This document shows, piece after piece, positions 21,006-35,304 of a stretch of 64,000 bases of DNA. The DNA lies in NCBI GenBank assembly GCA_947502835.1, contig CANNBJ010000005.1:40429-104428 (forward strand), read 5' to 3'. Within the stretch, counting starts at the first letter, position 1. Each line of letters begins with the position of its first letter. Origin of the DNA: Bdellovibrionales bacterium. Lineage in GTDB: Bacteria; Bdellovibrionota; UBA1018; CAIMNF01. A model generated the notes under the pieces. That model saw only the letters and a program-made list of their open reading frames with translations. It searched no databases and was not told where the DNA came from. Made by a program: the position numbers and the translations under genes.

Positions 21006-22196
21006 ATGTCTAAGGAAAAATTTGAGCGGTCAAAACCGCATTGCAACATTGGAACAATCGGTCACGTCGACCACGGGAAGACAACTCTGACTTCTGCAAT
21101 CACCAAGGTGCTTGCAAAGGCAGGGAAGGCAAAAGCGATGGACTACGCTTCCATCGACAAATCCCCTGAAGAAAAAGAGCGCGGGATCACCATCAACACC
21201 ACTCACGTGGAATATGAAACCGACCAGCGTCACTATGCGCACGTTGACTGTCCCGGTCACGCCGACTACGTGAAGAACATGATCACCGGTGCTGCTCAGA
21301 TGGACGGCGCGATTCTCGTCGTTTCTGCTGCTGACGGCCCTATGCCTCAAACTCGCGAACACATCCTTCTTGCTCGTCAGGTGGGTGTTCCTGCGATCGT
21401 TGTGTTTTTGAACAAGTGCGACATGGTTGATGATGCAGAACTCGTTGACCTCGTGGAAATGGAAGTTCGTGAACTTCTCTCCAAGTACAATTTCCCTGGC
21501 GATAATATTCCAGTGGTTCGCGGTTCAGCGCTCAAGGCGTCTGAAGGCGATGCAGGCGAATTCGGCGAACCTTCCATCATGAAGCTCATGGAAGCTGTGG
21601 ACAAATACATTCCTCAGCCTGCACGGGTTCTTGATAAGCCGTTCCTGATGCCAGTCGAGGACGTGTTCTCGATTTCCGGTCGCGGTACCGTTGTGACCGG
21701 CCGTATCGAGCGCGGTGTTCTTAAGGTAGGCGATGAAATCGAAATCATCGGGATCCGCCCAACCACCAAGACCACCATCACTGGGATCGAAATGTTCCGT
21801 AAGCTTCTCGATTCAGGTGAAGCAGGAGACAACATCGGTGCACTTCTTCGCGGAACCAAGAAGGAAGAAGTTGAGCGTGGACAAGTTCTGGCGAAGCCAG
21901 GCTCTGTTACTCCTCACAAGAAATTCAAAGGCGCAGCGTACATTCTCACCAAAGAAGAAGGCGGACGTCACACTCCGTTCTTCAAAGGCTATCGCCCTCA
22001 GTTCTACTTCCGTACAACGGACGTGACTGGTGTCGTTACTCTTCCTGAGAACGTTGAAATGGTAATGCCTGGCGATAACATCTCCATGGAAGTTGAGCTC
22101 ATCACTCCAATCGCAATGGAGAAGGATCTTCGCTTCGCAATTCGTGAAGGCGGCCGTACCGTAGGTGCGGGCGTTGTTTCCGAGATCGTGGAATAA
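21006..22196 (+). CDS. tuf: Elongation factor Tu
   Basis: [28 protein letters not shown]… full EF-Tu. ATG at 21006 inside the longer ORF. Confidence 0.97.
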   Translation: MSKEKFERSKPHCNIGTIGHVDHGKTTLTSAITKVLAKAGKAKAMDYASIDKSPEEKERGITINTTHVEYETDQRHYAHVDCPGHADYVKNMITGAAQMDGAILVVSAADGPMPQTREHILLARQVGVPAIVVFLNKCDMVDDAELVDLVEMEVRELLSKYNFPGDNIPVVRGSALKASEGDAGEFGEPSIMKLMEAVDKYIPQPARVLDKPFLMPVEDVFSISGRGTVVTGRIERGVLKVGDEIEIIGIRPTTKTTITGIEMFRKLLDSGEAGDNIGALLRGTKKEEVERGQVLAKPGSVTPHKKFKGAAYILTKEEGGRHTPFFKGYRPQFYFRTTDVTGVVTLPENVEMVMPGDNISMEVELITPIAMEKDLRFAIREGGRTVGAGVVSEIVE

Positions 22197-22207
22197 TTTC
22201 TTTCAAC

Positions 22208-22241
22208 GGGTGGCTCCGGGTTCCGGGGCCACCTGTTTTTT
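22208..22241 (+). terminator. Rho-independent terminator after tuf
   Basis: GGGTGGCtccgggttccgggGCCACC followed by TTTTTTT. Confidence 0.7.
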
Positions 22242-22271
22242 TAAAGTTGGAGATTGGCTCCAAAAGTCCGG

Positions 22272-22347
22272 AGGCCGGTAGCTCCAATGGTAGAGCAACG
22301 GATTCCAAATCCGTGGGTTGTGGGTTCGAATCCCTCCCGGCCTGCCA
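22272..22347 (+). tRNA. tRNA-Trp (anticodon CCA)
   Basis: Anticodon loop ATTCCAAAT. Canonical position between tuf and secE. Confidence 0.85.
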
Positions 22348-22394
22348 ATTATTGACAGGGTAACAAGACAAGAACAGGTCTACGAAAACAGGTC

Positions 22395-22769
22395 ATGGAA
22401 AACCAAAGACAAAAATGGGTTAACTTAGTTTTTACCGCACTTGCGATTCTCGTCGCAGGGGTTTCCTTTGTCGGGTTTTCGAAGCTTAGCGCGGTTTACA
22501 ATCTGGAGAGCACGATCAAGCAGATTGATCTGGTGATCCGCTTTGGATCCCTGCTGTTTGGTGCGGCCCTCGGTTTTGGCTTGTATCTCAATGACAAATC
22601 CAATGCGTTCATGAACGAGGTGGTTCTCGAGATGGTTCGGGTGACCTGGCCTGCAACCAAGGACACCACGAACGCCACGCTTTGGGTCGTGATTTTCGTA
22701 TTGATCGCCGGGGCAGTTCTCGGCGCATTTGATTCACTTTGGGCGTGGATCATCAAGATGGTTTTATAG
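22395..22769 (+). CDS. secE: Preprotein translocase subunit SecE
   Basis: ~124 aa, 3-TM SecE. Conserved position upstream of nusG. Confidence 0.8.
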   Translation: MENQRQKWVNLVFTALAILVAGVSFVGFSKLSAVYNLESTIKQIDLVIRFGSLLFGAALGFGLYLNDKSNAFMNEVVLEMVRVTWPATKDTTNATLWVVIFVLIAGAVLGAFDSLWAWIIKMVL

Positions 22770-22771
22770 AT

Positions 22772-23326
22772 ATGGAAAATGCACAGAATACAGCTCCGGA
22801 AATGGCCTGGTATGTGGTTCACACCTATTCCGGGTTTGAACACAAGGTGAAGCTTTCCCTTGAGGAGCGCTCAAAACAGCTTAAAAAAGAACAATTCTTC
22901 GGTGAAGTAGTGGTTCCCGAGGAGAATGTGGTCGAACTGGTCAAGGGCCAGAAGCGCACCACGAAACGCAGGTTTTTTCCGGGGTATATCCTCGTAAAAA
23001 TGATCCTGACCGATGAGACCTGGCACATCGTGAAGAACACGCCGAAAGTAACCGGATTTGTGGGCGACAAGCTGAAGCCCGTACCGGTTTCCGAGGCGGA
23101 GATCCAAAAGATGACCAACAGGATTGTCGAAGGTCAGGCAAAGCCCCGTCCGCGGGTTTCCTTTCAGGAAGGCGAAAACGTCAAGGTGGTGGATGGACCA
23201 TTCTCCAACTTCAATGGCGTGATCGAGGAAGTGAATCAGGACAAGGGCAAGGTTAAAGTATTGGTGAGCATCTTCGGGCGCTCAACACCGGTTGAACTTG
23301 ATTTTATTCAAGTTGAAAAAGTTTGA
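22772..23326 (+). CDS. nusG: Transcription termination/antitermination factor NusG
   Basis: NGN domain (WYVVHTYSGFEHKVK) plus KOW C-terminus. ATG at 22772. Confidence 0.9.
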   Translation: MENAQNTAPEMAWYVVHTYSGFEHKVKLSLEERSKQLKKEQFFGEVVVPEENVVELVKGQKRTTKRRFFPGYILVKMILTDETWHIVKNTPKVTGFVGDKLKPVPVSEAEIQKMTNRIVEGQAKPRPRVSFQEGENVKVVDGPFSNFNGVIEEVNQDKGKVKVLVSIFGRSTPVELDFIQVEKV

Positions 23327-23350
23327 TATTTCTGATAGGAAGTTACGCTT

Positions 23351-23776
23351 ATGGCAAAAAAGGTTACTGGACAAATTAAATTACAAATCCCTGGCGGAGC
23401 TGCGAACCCTGCGCCCCCGGTAGGCCCAGCACTCGGACAACGTGGTGTTAACATTATGGAATTCTGTAAGGCGTTCAATGCAAAGACCGCCGACCAGAAG
23501 GGCATGGTGATCCCAGTGATCATCACTGTTTATTCCGATCGTTCTTTCACTTTCATCACGAAGACCCCTCCTGCGGCGGTTCTTCTCTTGAAAGCTGCGA
23601 AGCTTGAAAAGGGATCCGGCGAGCCAAACCGCAAAAAGGTTGGTTCTGTGACCAAAAAACAAATTGAAGACATCGCAAAAATCAAGATGCCGGATTTGAA
23701 TGCGGCATCTGTTGAGACTGCGATGCACTCGATCGAAGGAACCGCAAAGAGCTGCGGTCTGACGGTACAGGGTTAA
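23351..23776 (+). CDS. rplK: 50S ribosomal protein L11
   Basis: [44 protein letters not shown]. Confidence 0.95.
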   Translation: MAKKVTGQIKLQIPGGAANPAPPVGPALGQRGVNIMEFCKAFNAKTADQKGMVIPVIITVYSDRSFTFITKTPPAAVLLLKAAKLEKGSGEPNRKKVGSVTKKQIEDIAKIKMPDLNAASVETAMHSIEGTAKSCGLTVQG

Positions 23777-23846
23777 CCCGTCCCGAGAGGGACTATTTTT
23801 GGGAGCTACCGGTAAAGCCCGGGGCGTTTGCACCAAGGAGAATCGA

Positions 23847-24605
23847 ATGGCAAAAAAGAAGTCGGATGCTGCTGGCAAAGCAAGCACTCCAAAAGATCCA
23901 ATCACAAAGAAGTACGGGAAGCGCTATGCTGCGGCTGCCGCTCAGGTTGATGCAACCAAGATTTACGGCATCGATCAGGCGTTCGAGTTGCTCTGTACGC
24001 TGAGCTCGGCAAAGTTCGACGAAACCGTGGATGCTGCGTTCAGTCTCGGTGTTGATACCAAGCAGGGCGATCAGCAGGTTCGTGGAGCGGTTGTTCTTCC
24101 TCACGGAACCGGCAAGAAACTCAAGATCGCGGTTGTTGCAAAAGGTGAAAAGGCGAAAGAAGCCGAAGCCGCTGGTGCGGACATCGTGGGTGCGGATGAT
24201 TTAATCGAGAAAATTCAGGGTGGATTCCTTGATTTCGACAAGTTGATTGCAACTCCCGACATGATGGTGGCGATCTCCAAGGTCGGTAAGATCCTCGGAC
24301 CCCGCGACTTGATGCCAAACCCTAAACTCGGCACCGTGACGCTGGATGTTTCAAAGGCGATCAACGAGCAACGCAAAGGTAAAGTTGAATATCGTGCTGA
24401 AAAGGCGGGTATCGTTCACGTAAAGGTCGGCAAGAAGTCTTTCGGCGCACAAAAGCTGAAGGAAAACTTTCTTGCTGTGGCAGGAGCGGTGATGCGTTCC
24501 AAGCCGCCGACCAGCAAGGGAACCTATCTCAAGGCGATCACCATCGCTTCAACCATGAGTCCGGGAATCAAGCTCGATGTGGCAAGCGCCGCATCCGCAG
24601 GCTGA
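23847..24605 (+). CDS. rplA: 50S ribosomal protein L1
   Basis: MAKKKSD… L1 family. ATG at 23847 within the longer ORF. Confidence 0.9.
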   Translation: MAKKKSDAAGKASTPKDPITKKYGKRYAAAAAQVDATKIYGIDQAFELLCTLSSAKFDETVDAAFSLGVDTKQGDQQVRGAVVLPHGTGKKLKIAVVAKGEKAKEAEAAGADIVGADDLIEKIQGGFLDFDKLIATPDMMVAISKVGKILGPRDLMPNPKLGTVTLDVSKAINEQRKGKVEYRAEKAGIVHVKVGKKSFGAQKLKENFLAVAGAVMRSKPPTSKGTYLKAITIASTMSPGIKLDVASAASAG

Positions 24606-24626
24606 TCGGAATAAGGAGAGATTCAC

Positions 24627-25145
24627 ATGGATCGCACAAATAAAGAGACACTCGCAGGCAGCCTTCGCGACAAGTTCGGAAAAGCGAACATCGCCCTGTT
24701 TGCGGATTACAAAGGTTTGAAGTCCACCGAAGCAGATGCTCTGCGCCGCGCGCTTCGCGCGAAGCAGGCTGAAGTGAAGGTGCTCAAAAACAACATCGGA
24801 CGTCTGGTCACCAAGGGTGGCGAGATGGGCGAGGATGCAAAAGGATTGATGGACCGTGTGGTGGGTCCTACCCTCGTTGCATTTGCGTACGGAGATCCTG
24901 CGGGAGCAGCAAAAGTGCTGAACGACTTCGCAAAGGATCACGAGGCGCTGAAAATCAAGGAAAGTCTGTTCGGGAAAAAGCTTCTTTCGCCCGCTGAGGT
25001 TTCTCAGCTTGCGGAACTTCCCTCCAGAGAAGTCCTTTTGTCGATGCTACTTTCGACCCTCAATGGGCCTATCCGTAGCTTCGTAACCGTGCTGGGTCAG
25101 CTCGAAAAGAAACGAACCGAACCAGCTCCGGCTGAAAACACCTAA
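24627..25145 (+). CDS. rplJ: 50S ribosomal protein L10
   Basis: Position and sequence (L10 family) upstream of rplL. Confidence 0.9.
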   Translation: MDRTNKETLAGSLRDKFGKANIALFADYKGLKSTEADALRRALRAKQAEVKVLKNNIGRLVTKGGEMGEDAKGLMDRVVGPTLVAFAYGDPAGAAKVLNDFAKDHEALKIKESLFGKKLLSPAEVSQLAELPSREVLLSMLLSTLNGPIRSFVTVLGQLEKKRTEPAPAENT

Positions 25146-25172
25146 CCCCCTGATAAAGAAGAGGAATGCATT

Positions 25173-25553
25173 ATGTCTACCGTAACTAAAGAACAAGTAA
25201 TCACTTACATTGAAAACCTTTCCGTGATCGATCTTTCGAATCTCGTGAAGGAACTCGAGACCAAATTCGGCGTATCCGCTGCCCCTGTGGCTGTGGCAAT
25301 GGCCGGTGGCGCAGCAGGTGGCGCAGCAGCCGCTGCTGAGAAGACCGAGTTCGACGTGGTTCTCACCTCGGGTGGCGACAACAAGATCAACGTAATTAAA
25401 GAAGTTCGTGCGATCACCGGTCTCGGCTTGAAAGAAGCAAAAGACCTGGTCGAAGGCGCGCCAAAGCCTGTGAAGGAAGGCGTTGCCAAGAAAGACGCAG
25501 AAGAAATGAAGAAGAAGCTGGAAGCAGCTGGAGCGAAAGTAGAGCTCAAGTAA
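25173..25553 (+). CDS. rplL: 50S ribosomal protein L7/L12
   Basis: Ala-rich hinge ([13 protein letters not shown]) plus conserved C-terminal domain. Confidence 0.95.
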   Translation: MSTVTKEQVITYIENLSVIDLSNLVKELETKFGVSAAPVAVAMAGGAAGGAAAAAEKTEFDVVLTSGGDNKINVIKEVRAITGLGLKEAKDLVEGAPKPVKEGVAKKDAEEMKKKLEAAGAKVELK

Positions 25554-25583
25554 TCGGGCTTGTTCCTCTTCAACCGATTCAAT

Positions 25584-25638
25584 GGATAGGCGCAATCCGG
25601 AAAGAAGCCCGGTTTGTGCCTATCCTATTGTGTTTTTG
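25584..25638 (+). terminator. rplL–rpoB intergenic attenuator/terminator hairpin
   Basis: GGATAGGCGCAA…TTGTGCCTATCC stem with inner CCGG…CCGG, followed by TATTGTGTTTTT. Confidence 0.6.
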
Positions 25639-25846
25639 ACGATTAGAAGTTAGTTTCTGGGATTCGGATAAATCCCAAATTGCGATTCGAGCTTTGGCCA
25701 GTGCGGAATATGGCCTACCCAGATGCGGCAACCGGATGCGGCCGTGTTTCGGATGATGACCGGTGAGCGGTCTATCGAGTAGGCGAAAAAATTGTCCTGG
25801 TTGCAAACGAACAAAACAGTTTGTGTTTTTGGCTAAAGGAGAATTC

Positions 25847-28800
25847 ATGAGTGCACCATTCACTGAAGGGCAAAGGGTTAGGCGCGAGTTTTCAAAAATA
25901 AAGACTCCGCTTGAGATTCCAAATCTGATCGAGTTGCAGCGTCGGTCCTACGACAAATTCCTGCAAGCGGATGTTCCGGCCGACAAGCGCGCCAACATCG
26001 GGCTTCAAGCAGTTTTCAAGTCCATTTTTCCGATCGAGGATTTCGATAAAACCTCCGCACTCGAGTTCGAAAGCTACAATCTCGAGCAGCCGAAGTATGA
26101 CGTGCAAGAGTGCCGTCAGCGCGGGATGACCTTTGCCGCTCCGCTTAAGATTACGGTTCGTCTCGTGGTGTTCGATGTCGAGGAAGAAACCGGCAATCGC
26201 AACATCCGCGACATCAAGGAACAAGAAGTATATATGGGTGAAATCCCTCTCATGACCGAGAGCGGATCATTCATCATCAACGGCACCGAGCGCGTGATCG
26301 TAAGTCAGCTCCACCGTTCTCCGGGTGTGATTTTCACCCACGACCAGGGTAAAACCCACTCCTCTGGCAAGATTTTGTACTCAGCCCGCGTGATTCCGCA
26401 TCGCGGATCTTGGCTTGATTTTGAATTCGACCACAAAGACCTTCTGTACGCTCGTATCGACCGCAAGCGAAAGCTTCCTGCGACCACCTTGCTCAAGGCG
26501 CTCGGGTACTCGGTTCCCGAGATTCTGAACTTCTTCTACAAGATCGAGAAGATCCAGATCGAAGGCGAAGGCAAGTCTGCAAAGTTCTTCAAGATCGTCG
26601 ATCTCGAGATCCTCTCCGGGCAGCGCGCCGAAGAAGACATCATTGATCCGAAGACCAAGGAAGTGATCGTCCGCAAGAACCGCAAGTTCACCAAAGCAGT
26701 GCTCAAGAAGGTGGAAGAAGCGGGCATCAAGCGCCTCGAAGTTCCTGTTGAGGCCGTCATCGGGCGCGTGATCTCGGAAGACCTCGTCGACAACAAGACC
26801 GGCGAAGTTCTCTTTGAATCCAACGAAGAAATCACCGAAGCCAAGCTCAAGGACACCATGGCCCGCAAGGTGAAGGAATTGAAGGTAATCTACACCGACA
26901 ACCTCACCTACGGTCCATTCGTTCGCGAGACTCTTCTTGTTGACAAGATCAATACTCCCGATGAGGCCCTGATCGACATCTACAAGCGCATGCGTCCGGG
27001 TGATCCTCCGACCTTGGATGCTTCCAAGGTTCTGTTTGAGAATCTCTTCTTCAATACGGATCGCTATGACCTGTCCCTGGTTGGACGTCTGAAGCTCAAT
27101 TACAAGTTCCCTGAGAACAAAGAGAGCCGCGAGAGCACCACCCTCACCAAGGAAGACATTCTCAGCACTCTGTTCTACCTCTGCGAACTCAACAACGGCC
27201 GCGGAACGATCGATGATATCGATCACCTCGGAAACCGCCGTGTTCGTGCGGTGGGTGAATTGGTCGAGAACCAATTCCGCATCGGGCTTGTCCGGATGGA
27301 GCGCGCCGTTAAGGAACGCATGAGCATCCAGGAAATTGAGACGCTCATGCCGCATGACCTCATCAACCAAAAGCCGGTGTCGGCCGTGGTGAAGGAGTTC
27401 TTCGGTTCAAGTCAGCTCTCCCAGTTCATGGATCAGACCAACCCGCTCTCTGAAGTGACCCATAAGCGTCGTCTTTCGGCGCTCGGGCCCGGAGGCTTGA
27501 CCCGCGATCGCGCAGGGTTCGAAGTGCGCGACGTTCACAACACCCACTATGGCCGGATTTGTCCGATCGAGACCCCTGAAGGACCAAACATCGGTTTGAT
27601 CGCGTCTCTTTCGACTTTCGCCCGCGTGAACGAGTTCGGGTTCATTGAAACCCCGTACCGTGTGATCAAGGAGCGCAAGGTTTCAGAAGAGATCCAATTC
27701 TTCACTGCAACCGAAGAAGAAAACAAAGTCATCGCCCAGGCGAACCCTGAAGCCCTAGCCAAGAAGAAATTCGAAGGCGAAGTGGCTCCAGCACGTCGTA
27801 AGGGTGAATTCGCTCTCGTCAATCCTGACGATGTCGAGTTGATGGATGTTTCCTCCAATCAGCTCGTGTCGATTGCCGCATCCCTGATTCCGTTCCTCGA
27901 GCATGACGATGCGAACCGGGCCCTCATGGGTTCGAACATGCAACGTCAAGCGGTACCGCTTCTTCGCTCCAAGGCTCCGTTTGTCGGAACCGGAATTGAG
28001 CGTGTGGTTGCCCGCGATTCAGGCCATGTGATCACAGCAAAGCACGATGGCGATGTGATCATGGTGGACGGTGGCAAGATCGTGGTTCGCAGAACCGATG
28101 ATCTCGCCGAAGATGAGTCCGGAGTCGATATCTACAACCTTACCAAGTACATGCGTTCCAACCAGAACACCTGCGTGAATCAGCGTGCGGTGGTTCGCGT
28201 TGGTGACAAGGTTGCTGTCGGCGACGTGCTTGCGGATGGTCCTTCGACCGATGCAGGTGAATTGGCGCTGGGTCAGAACATGCTCGTGGCGTTCATGCCA
28301 TGGGGTGGATACAACTTCGAGGATTCGATCCTCATTTCCGAGCGCGTGATCAAGGATGACGTCTTCACTTCGGTTCACATCGAAGAGTACGAGTGCGTTG
28401 GTCGTGACACGAAACTCGGCAAGGAAGAAATCACCCGCGACATTCCAAACGTCGGCGAAGAGGCCCTGAAGGACCTCGACGAAAGCGGAATCATCCGGAT
28501 CGGTGCGGAAGTGAAGCCCGGCGACATCCTCGTCGGTAAGGTCACTCCAAAAGGCGAGACCCAGCTCTCTCCCGAGGAGAAGCTCCTTCGTGCGATCTTC
28601 GGCGAGAAGGCCGGAGATGTGCGTGATACCTCGCTTCGTGCTCCATCCGGAGTGTACGGAACCATCATCAATGCCCAGGTCTTCGCACGCGAAGGCACCG
28701 AGCTTGATGAGCGCTCCAAGCAGATCCTGGAAGAGCAGATCGCAAAGATCCGTCGCGACGAGAAGATCGAAATCGACGCAATCAAGCGCACGACCTACGA

Positions 28801-29989
28801 GCGCGTAGCGAAGGCCCTGAATGGCGCTGCAACTACCGGCAAGCTCCTCTCGGAAGACGGCTCGGAAGAGCTGCTCTCCAAGGGACAGAAGCTTGATCTT
28901 ACCACCCTCGAGAAGGTTCCTTTCGAGCTCATCGGCTTTATCCCTGTGAAGAGCGATCTTGAGCAGGAAGTCACGAACCTCGTGAAGGCTGCGAAGAATC
29001 GCGTGGAAGCGGTTCGTTTCGTATTCCGCGAGAAAACCGAAAAGCTCAAGCGCGGAGACGAACTTGCTCCGGGCGTGATCAAGATGGTGAAGGTCCAGAT
29101 CGCAATCAAGCGGAAGCTTCAGGTTGGTGACAAGATGGCCGGACGCCACGGGAACAAAGGGGTGATCTCCAGAATCATGCCACTCGAAGACATGCCGTTC
29201 ACGGCAGATGGTCGTCCGGTGGATATGGTTCTCAATCCACTCGGGGTTCCGTCGCGGATGAACATCGGGCAGCTTCTTGAGTTGACGCTTGGTTGGGCTG
29301 CAAAAGGCTTGGGCGACAAGCTCACGCACTACATGGAGCAGTACAAGCCGGACAATATCCGTAAGCTCTTGAAAGAGCTCTATTCGGACAAGTCCGTTCA
29401 CGATTATCTTGCGAAGGCCTCTGACGCGGATGTTGTGAAGATGGCTCGTCACCTGAAGGATGGCGTTCATTTTGCTTCGCCTGTGTTCGATGGCGCGTCC
29501 GAAGCGGACATCGAAAAGGTATTGAAACTTGCGGATCTTCCGACCCTCGGAAAGACCACACTGTATGACGGAGTCAGCGGCGAGCCGTTCGCCGAGGAAG
29601 TGACTGTCGGCGTGATGTACATCTTGAAACTTCACCACTTGGTGGAAGAGAAGATCCACGCACGAAGCATTGGTCCATACAGCTTGGTGACGCAGCAACC
29701 TCTCGGCGGGAAAGCCCAGTTCGGAGGTCAGCGTCTCGGGGAGATGGAAGTGTGGGCGCTCGAAGCTTATGGAGCAGCCCATGCCCTTCAGGAATTCTTG
29801 ACCGTGAAGTCGGATGACGTCACGGGCCGGAACCGGATGTATGAAGCGATTGTGAAAGGCGAGCAGCTCCTTGAGCCAGGCCTTCCGGAATCGTTCAACG
29901 TTCTGGTGAAGGAACTTCAGTCCCTCGCACTCAACGTGGAGTTGATCGAGGAAGAAGATAACAAAGAGTTGAAGGCAGACTTACTCTAA
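25847..29989 (+). CDS. rpoB: DNA-directed RNA polymerase subunit beta
   Basis: Full-length RpoB. ATG at 25847 ([13 protein letters not shown]). Confidence 0.97.
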   Translation: MSAPFTEGQRVRREFSKIKTPLEIPNLIELQRRSYDKFLQADVPADKRANIGLQAVFKSIFPIEDFDKTSALEFESYNLEQPKYDVQECRQRGMTFAAPLKITVRLVVFDVEEETGNRNIRDIKEQEVYMGEIPLMTESGSFIINGTERVIVSQLHRSPGVIFTHDQGKTHSSGKILYSARVIPHRGSWLDFEFDHKDLLYARIDRKRKLPATTLLKALGYSVPEILNFFYKIEKIQIEGEGKSAKFFKIVDLEILSGQRAEEDIIDPKTKEVIVRKNRKFTKAVLKKVEEAGIKRLEVPVEAVIGRVISEDLVDNKTGEVLFESNEEITEAKLKDTMARKVKELKVIYTDNLTYGPFVRETLLVDKINTPDEALIDIYKRMRPGDPPTLDASKVLFENLFFNTDRYDLSLVGRLKLNYKFPENKESRESTTLTKEDILSTLFYLCELNNGRGTIDDIDHLGNRRVRAVGELVENQFRIGLVRMERAVKERMSIQEIETLMPHDLINQKPVSAVVKEFFGSSQLSQFMDQTNPLSEVTHKRRLSALGPGGLTRDRAGFEVRDVHNTHYGRICPIETPEGPNIGLIASLSTFARVNEFGFIETPYRVIKERKVSEEIQFFTATEEENKVIAQANPEALAKKKFEGEVAPARRKGEFALVNPDDVELMDVSSNQLVSIAASLIPFLEHDDANRALMGSNMQRQAVPLLRSKAPFVGTGIERVVARDSGHVITAKHDGDVIMVDGGKIVVRRTDDLAEDESGVDIYNLTKYMRSNQNTCVNQRAVVRVGDKVAVGDVLADGPSTDAGELALGQNMLVAFMPWGGYNFEDSILISERVIKDDVFTSVHIEEYECVGRDTKLGKEEITRDIPNVGEEALKDLDESGIIRIGAEVKPGDILVGKVTPKGETQLSPEEKLLRAIFGEKAGDVRDTSLRAPSGVYGTIINAQVFAREGTELDERSKQILEEQIAKIRRDEKIEIDAIKRTTYERVAKALNGAATTGKLLSEDGSEELLSKGQKLDLTTLEKVPFELIGFIPVKSDLEQEVTNLVKAAKNRVEAVRFVFREKTEKLKRGDELAPGVIKMVKVQIAIKRKLQVGDKMAGRHGNKGVISRIMPLEDMPFTADGRPVDMVLNPLGVPSRMNIGQLLELTLGWAAKGLGDKLTHYMEQYKPDNIRKLLKELYSDKSVHDYLAKASDADVVKMARHLKDGVHFASPVFDGASEADIEKVLKLADLPTLGKTTLYDGVSGEPFAEEVTVGVMYILKLHHLVEEKIHARSIGPYSLVTQQPLGGKAQFGGQRLGEMEVWALEAYGAAHALQEFLTVKSDDVTGRNRMYEAIVKGEQLLEPGLPESFNVLVKELQSLALNVELIEEEDNKELKADLL

Positions 29990-30046
29990 GGAAATCGGCG
30001 CGGGTCCCACAGGGGACCTGCGCCAAACAGTAAAGAGGGCAAGACG

Positions 30047-34189
<4,143 letters not shown>

Positions 34190-34224
34190 TGATTCCTGAA
34201 ATGGAATCCATCTAATGTTTCACT

Positions 34225-34256
34225 CCGGGTCTGTCCGATGGGCAGGCCCGGTTTTT
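34225..34256 (+). terminator. Rho-independent terminator after rpoC
   Basis: CCGGGTCTGtccgatggGCAGGCCCGG + TTTTT. Confidence 0.7.
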
Positions 34257-34259
34257 CGT

Positions 34260-34334
34260 GCGAGCATAGCTCAGCGGTAGAGCACTACCTTCACACGGTA
34301 GGGGTCACAGGTTCAAATCCTGTTGCTCGCACCA
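34260..34334 (+). tRNA. tRNA-Val (anticodon CAC)
   Basis: Cloverleaf by eye. Anticodon stem CTACC/GGTAG, loop TTCACAC. Confidence 0.75.
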
Positions 34335-34420
34335 ATTCTCATCACAGCCTTGAAAAAGGCGTGATTCCCGGATTGGCAAAAGCCGGATTTTAGAGTATCA
34401 CTATCAAGTCATTTTCATCC

Positions 34421-34496
34421 GGGCGATTAGCTCAGTTGGTAGAGCAGGATGTTTACACCGTCAAGGTCGGGAGTTCGAGCCTCTCATCGCCCACCA
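34421..34496 (+). tRNA. tRNA-Val (anticodon TAC)
   Basis: GGGCGATTAGCTCAGTTGGTAGAGC… loop TTTACAC. 3' CCA encoded. Confidence 0.8.
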
Positions 34497-34617
34497 TCCT
34501 TCCGAATTTCCTTTTTTAGTTCATCTCGCATCGGTCTCACTCGCTCAAAGTATTCGTACATACATTTCGCTCGTTCGCCTTGCTCGATTTCCTAAAAAAG
34601 GAAATTGGGAAGGATGG
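34494..34617. repeat. 26-bp-arm imperfect inverted repeat (arms 34494-34519 and 34592-34617) flanking a 72-nt spacer
   Basis: CCATCCTTCCGAATTTCCTTTTTTAG … CTAAAAAAGGAAATTGGGAAGGATGG (1 mismatch). Arm 1 begins inside the 3' CCA of tRNA-Val. Confidence 0.7.
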
Positions 34618-34627
34618 TCGCTCGGTT

Positions 34628-35100
34628 GAGAGGCGAGAAGCGAGTGAGCGGCTGCGGACGAAGCACTGCTTCGGACGCAAGCAAATCATGCAGGATGCAT
34701 GATTGAGTGAGCGAGGTGGCTAGGCGGAGCCGAAGCGGGACGCGCAGGCGAGCGCTTAGCCGAGCCGATCGAATATCAGGCATCCTGCCTTTACACTTCC
34801 ATTCGCCATCCATGGCTGAAGTGAATGCGCGAAGGGGGCCTTTGTCTTTGCCTGCTCAAGTCAGGATCTGCGGTAGGGAATTTAGGGTGTCGATGAACCG
34901 AGTCTTTATGGGGGAGGGGGATTCTGGTGGGCGATGAGAGGCGAGAAGTGAATTTTACGGCCGCGGTGAGCATGAGTAAAAGTCATGTTCACCACGGCAA
35001 GTTCGTGCAGGATGCACGACTTAGTAAAAGAGGTGGCTAGGCGGAGCGGGACGCGGAGGCGAGCGCTTAGCCGAGCCTCATGCATCCATGGCTGAAGTGT
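34628..35100. repeat. Two tandem copies (34628-34824; 34935-35100) of a GC-rich structured non-coding element, period ~307 bp
   Basis: Shared blocks: GAGAGGCGAGAAG[C/T]GA; GCAGGATGCA…AGGTGGCTAGGCGGAGC; GGGACGCG[C/G]AGGCGAGCGCTTAGCCGAGCC; CATCCATGGCTGAAGTG. Each copy has nested inverted repeats GGATGCA…TGCATCC and GGCTAGGC…GCTTAGCC. No ORF. Confidence 0.7.
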
Positions 35101-35276
35101 GTGCTGCCCGGGGCAGGGCGGAGCACTTCACCTCGTTAGTGCATCAGTGTTTTGACTAGAATCGGAATGCCTTGGCTATTTTATCTTCCATTCAGCTACT
35201 TGGAGGGTGATCCATTACCTCATCATTTAAGGCCTCACCAGGTTAGGCCGCGTGTCCAAAGCGACACAGCTTTTCT

Positions 35277-35304
35277 TTGAAGCAGCATGACATTAAACTA
35301 TAAT
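35277..35304 (+). promoter_or_regulatory. Sigma70-like promoter (TTGAAG-16-TATAAT) overlapping the first ATGs of the 949-aa ORF
   Basis: -35 TTGAAG at 35277-35282, 16-nt spacer, -10 TATAAT at 35299-35304. Implies a TSS near 35311 and translation from the downstream ATG at 35354 (MIRILPC…). Confidence 0.45.

Noticed and set aside
34500-35300. Possible CRISPR array in the repeat-rich tRNA-Val downstream region
   Set aside because: There are only two long (~170-200 bp), imperfect, internally palindromic copies with ~110-bp variable spacing, which is not CRISPR-like. No cas genes are present in the window.
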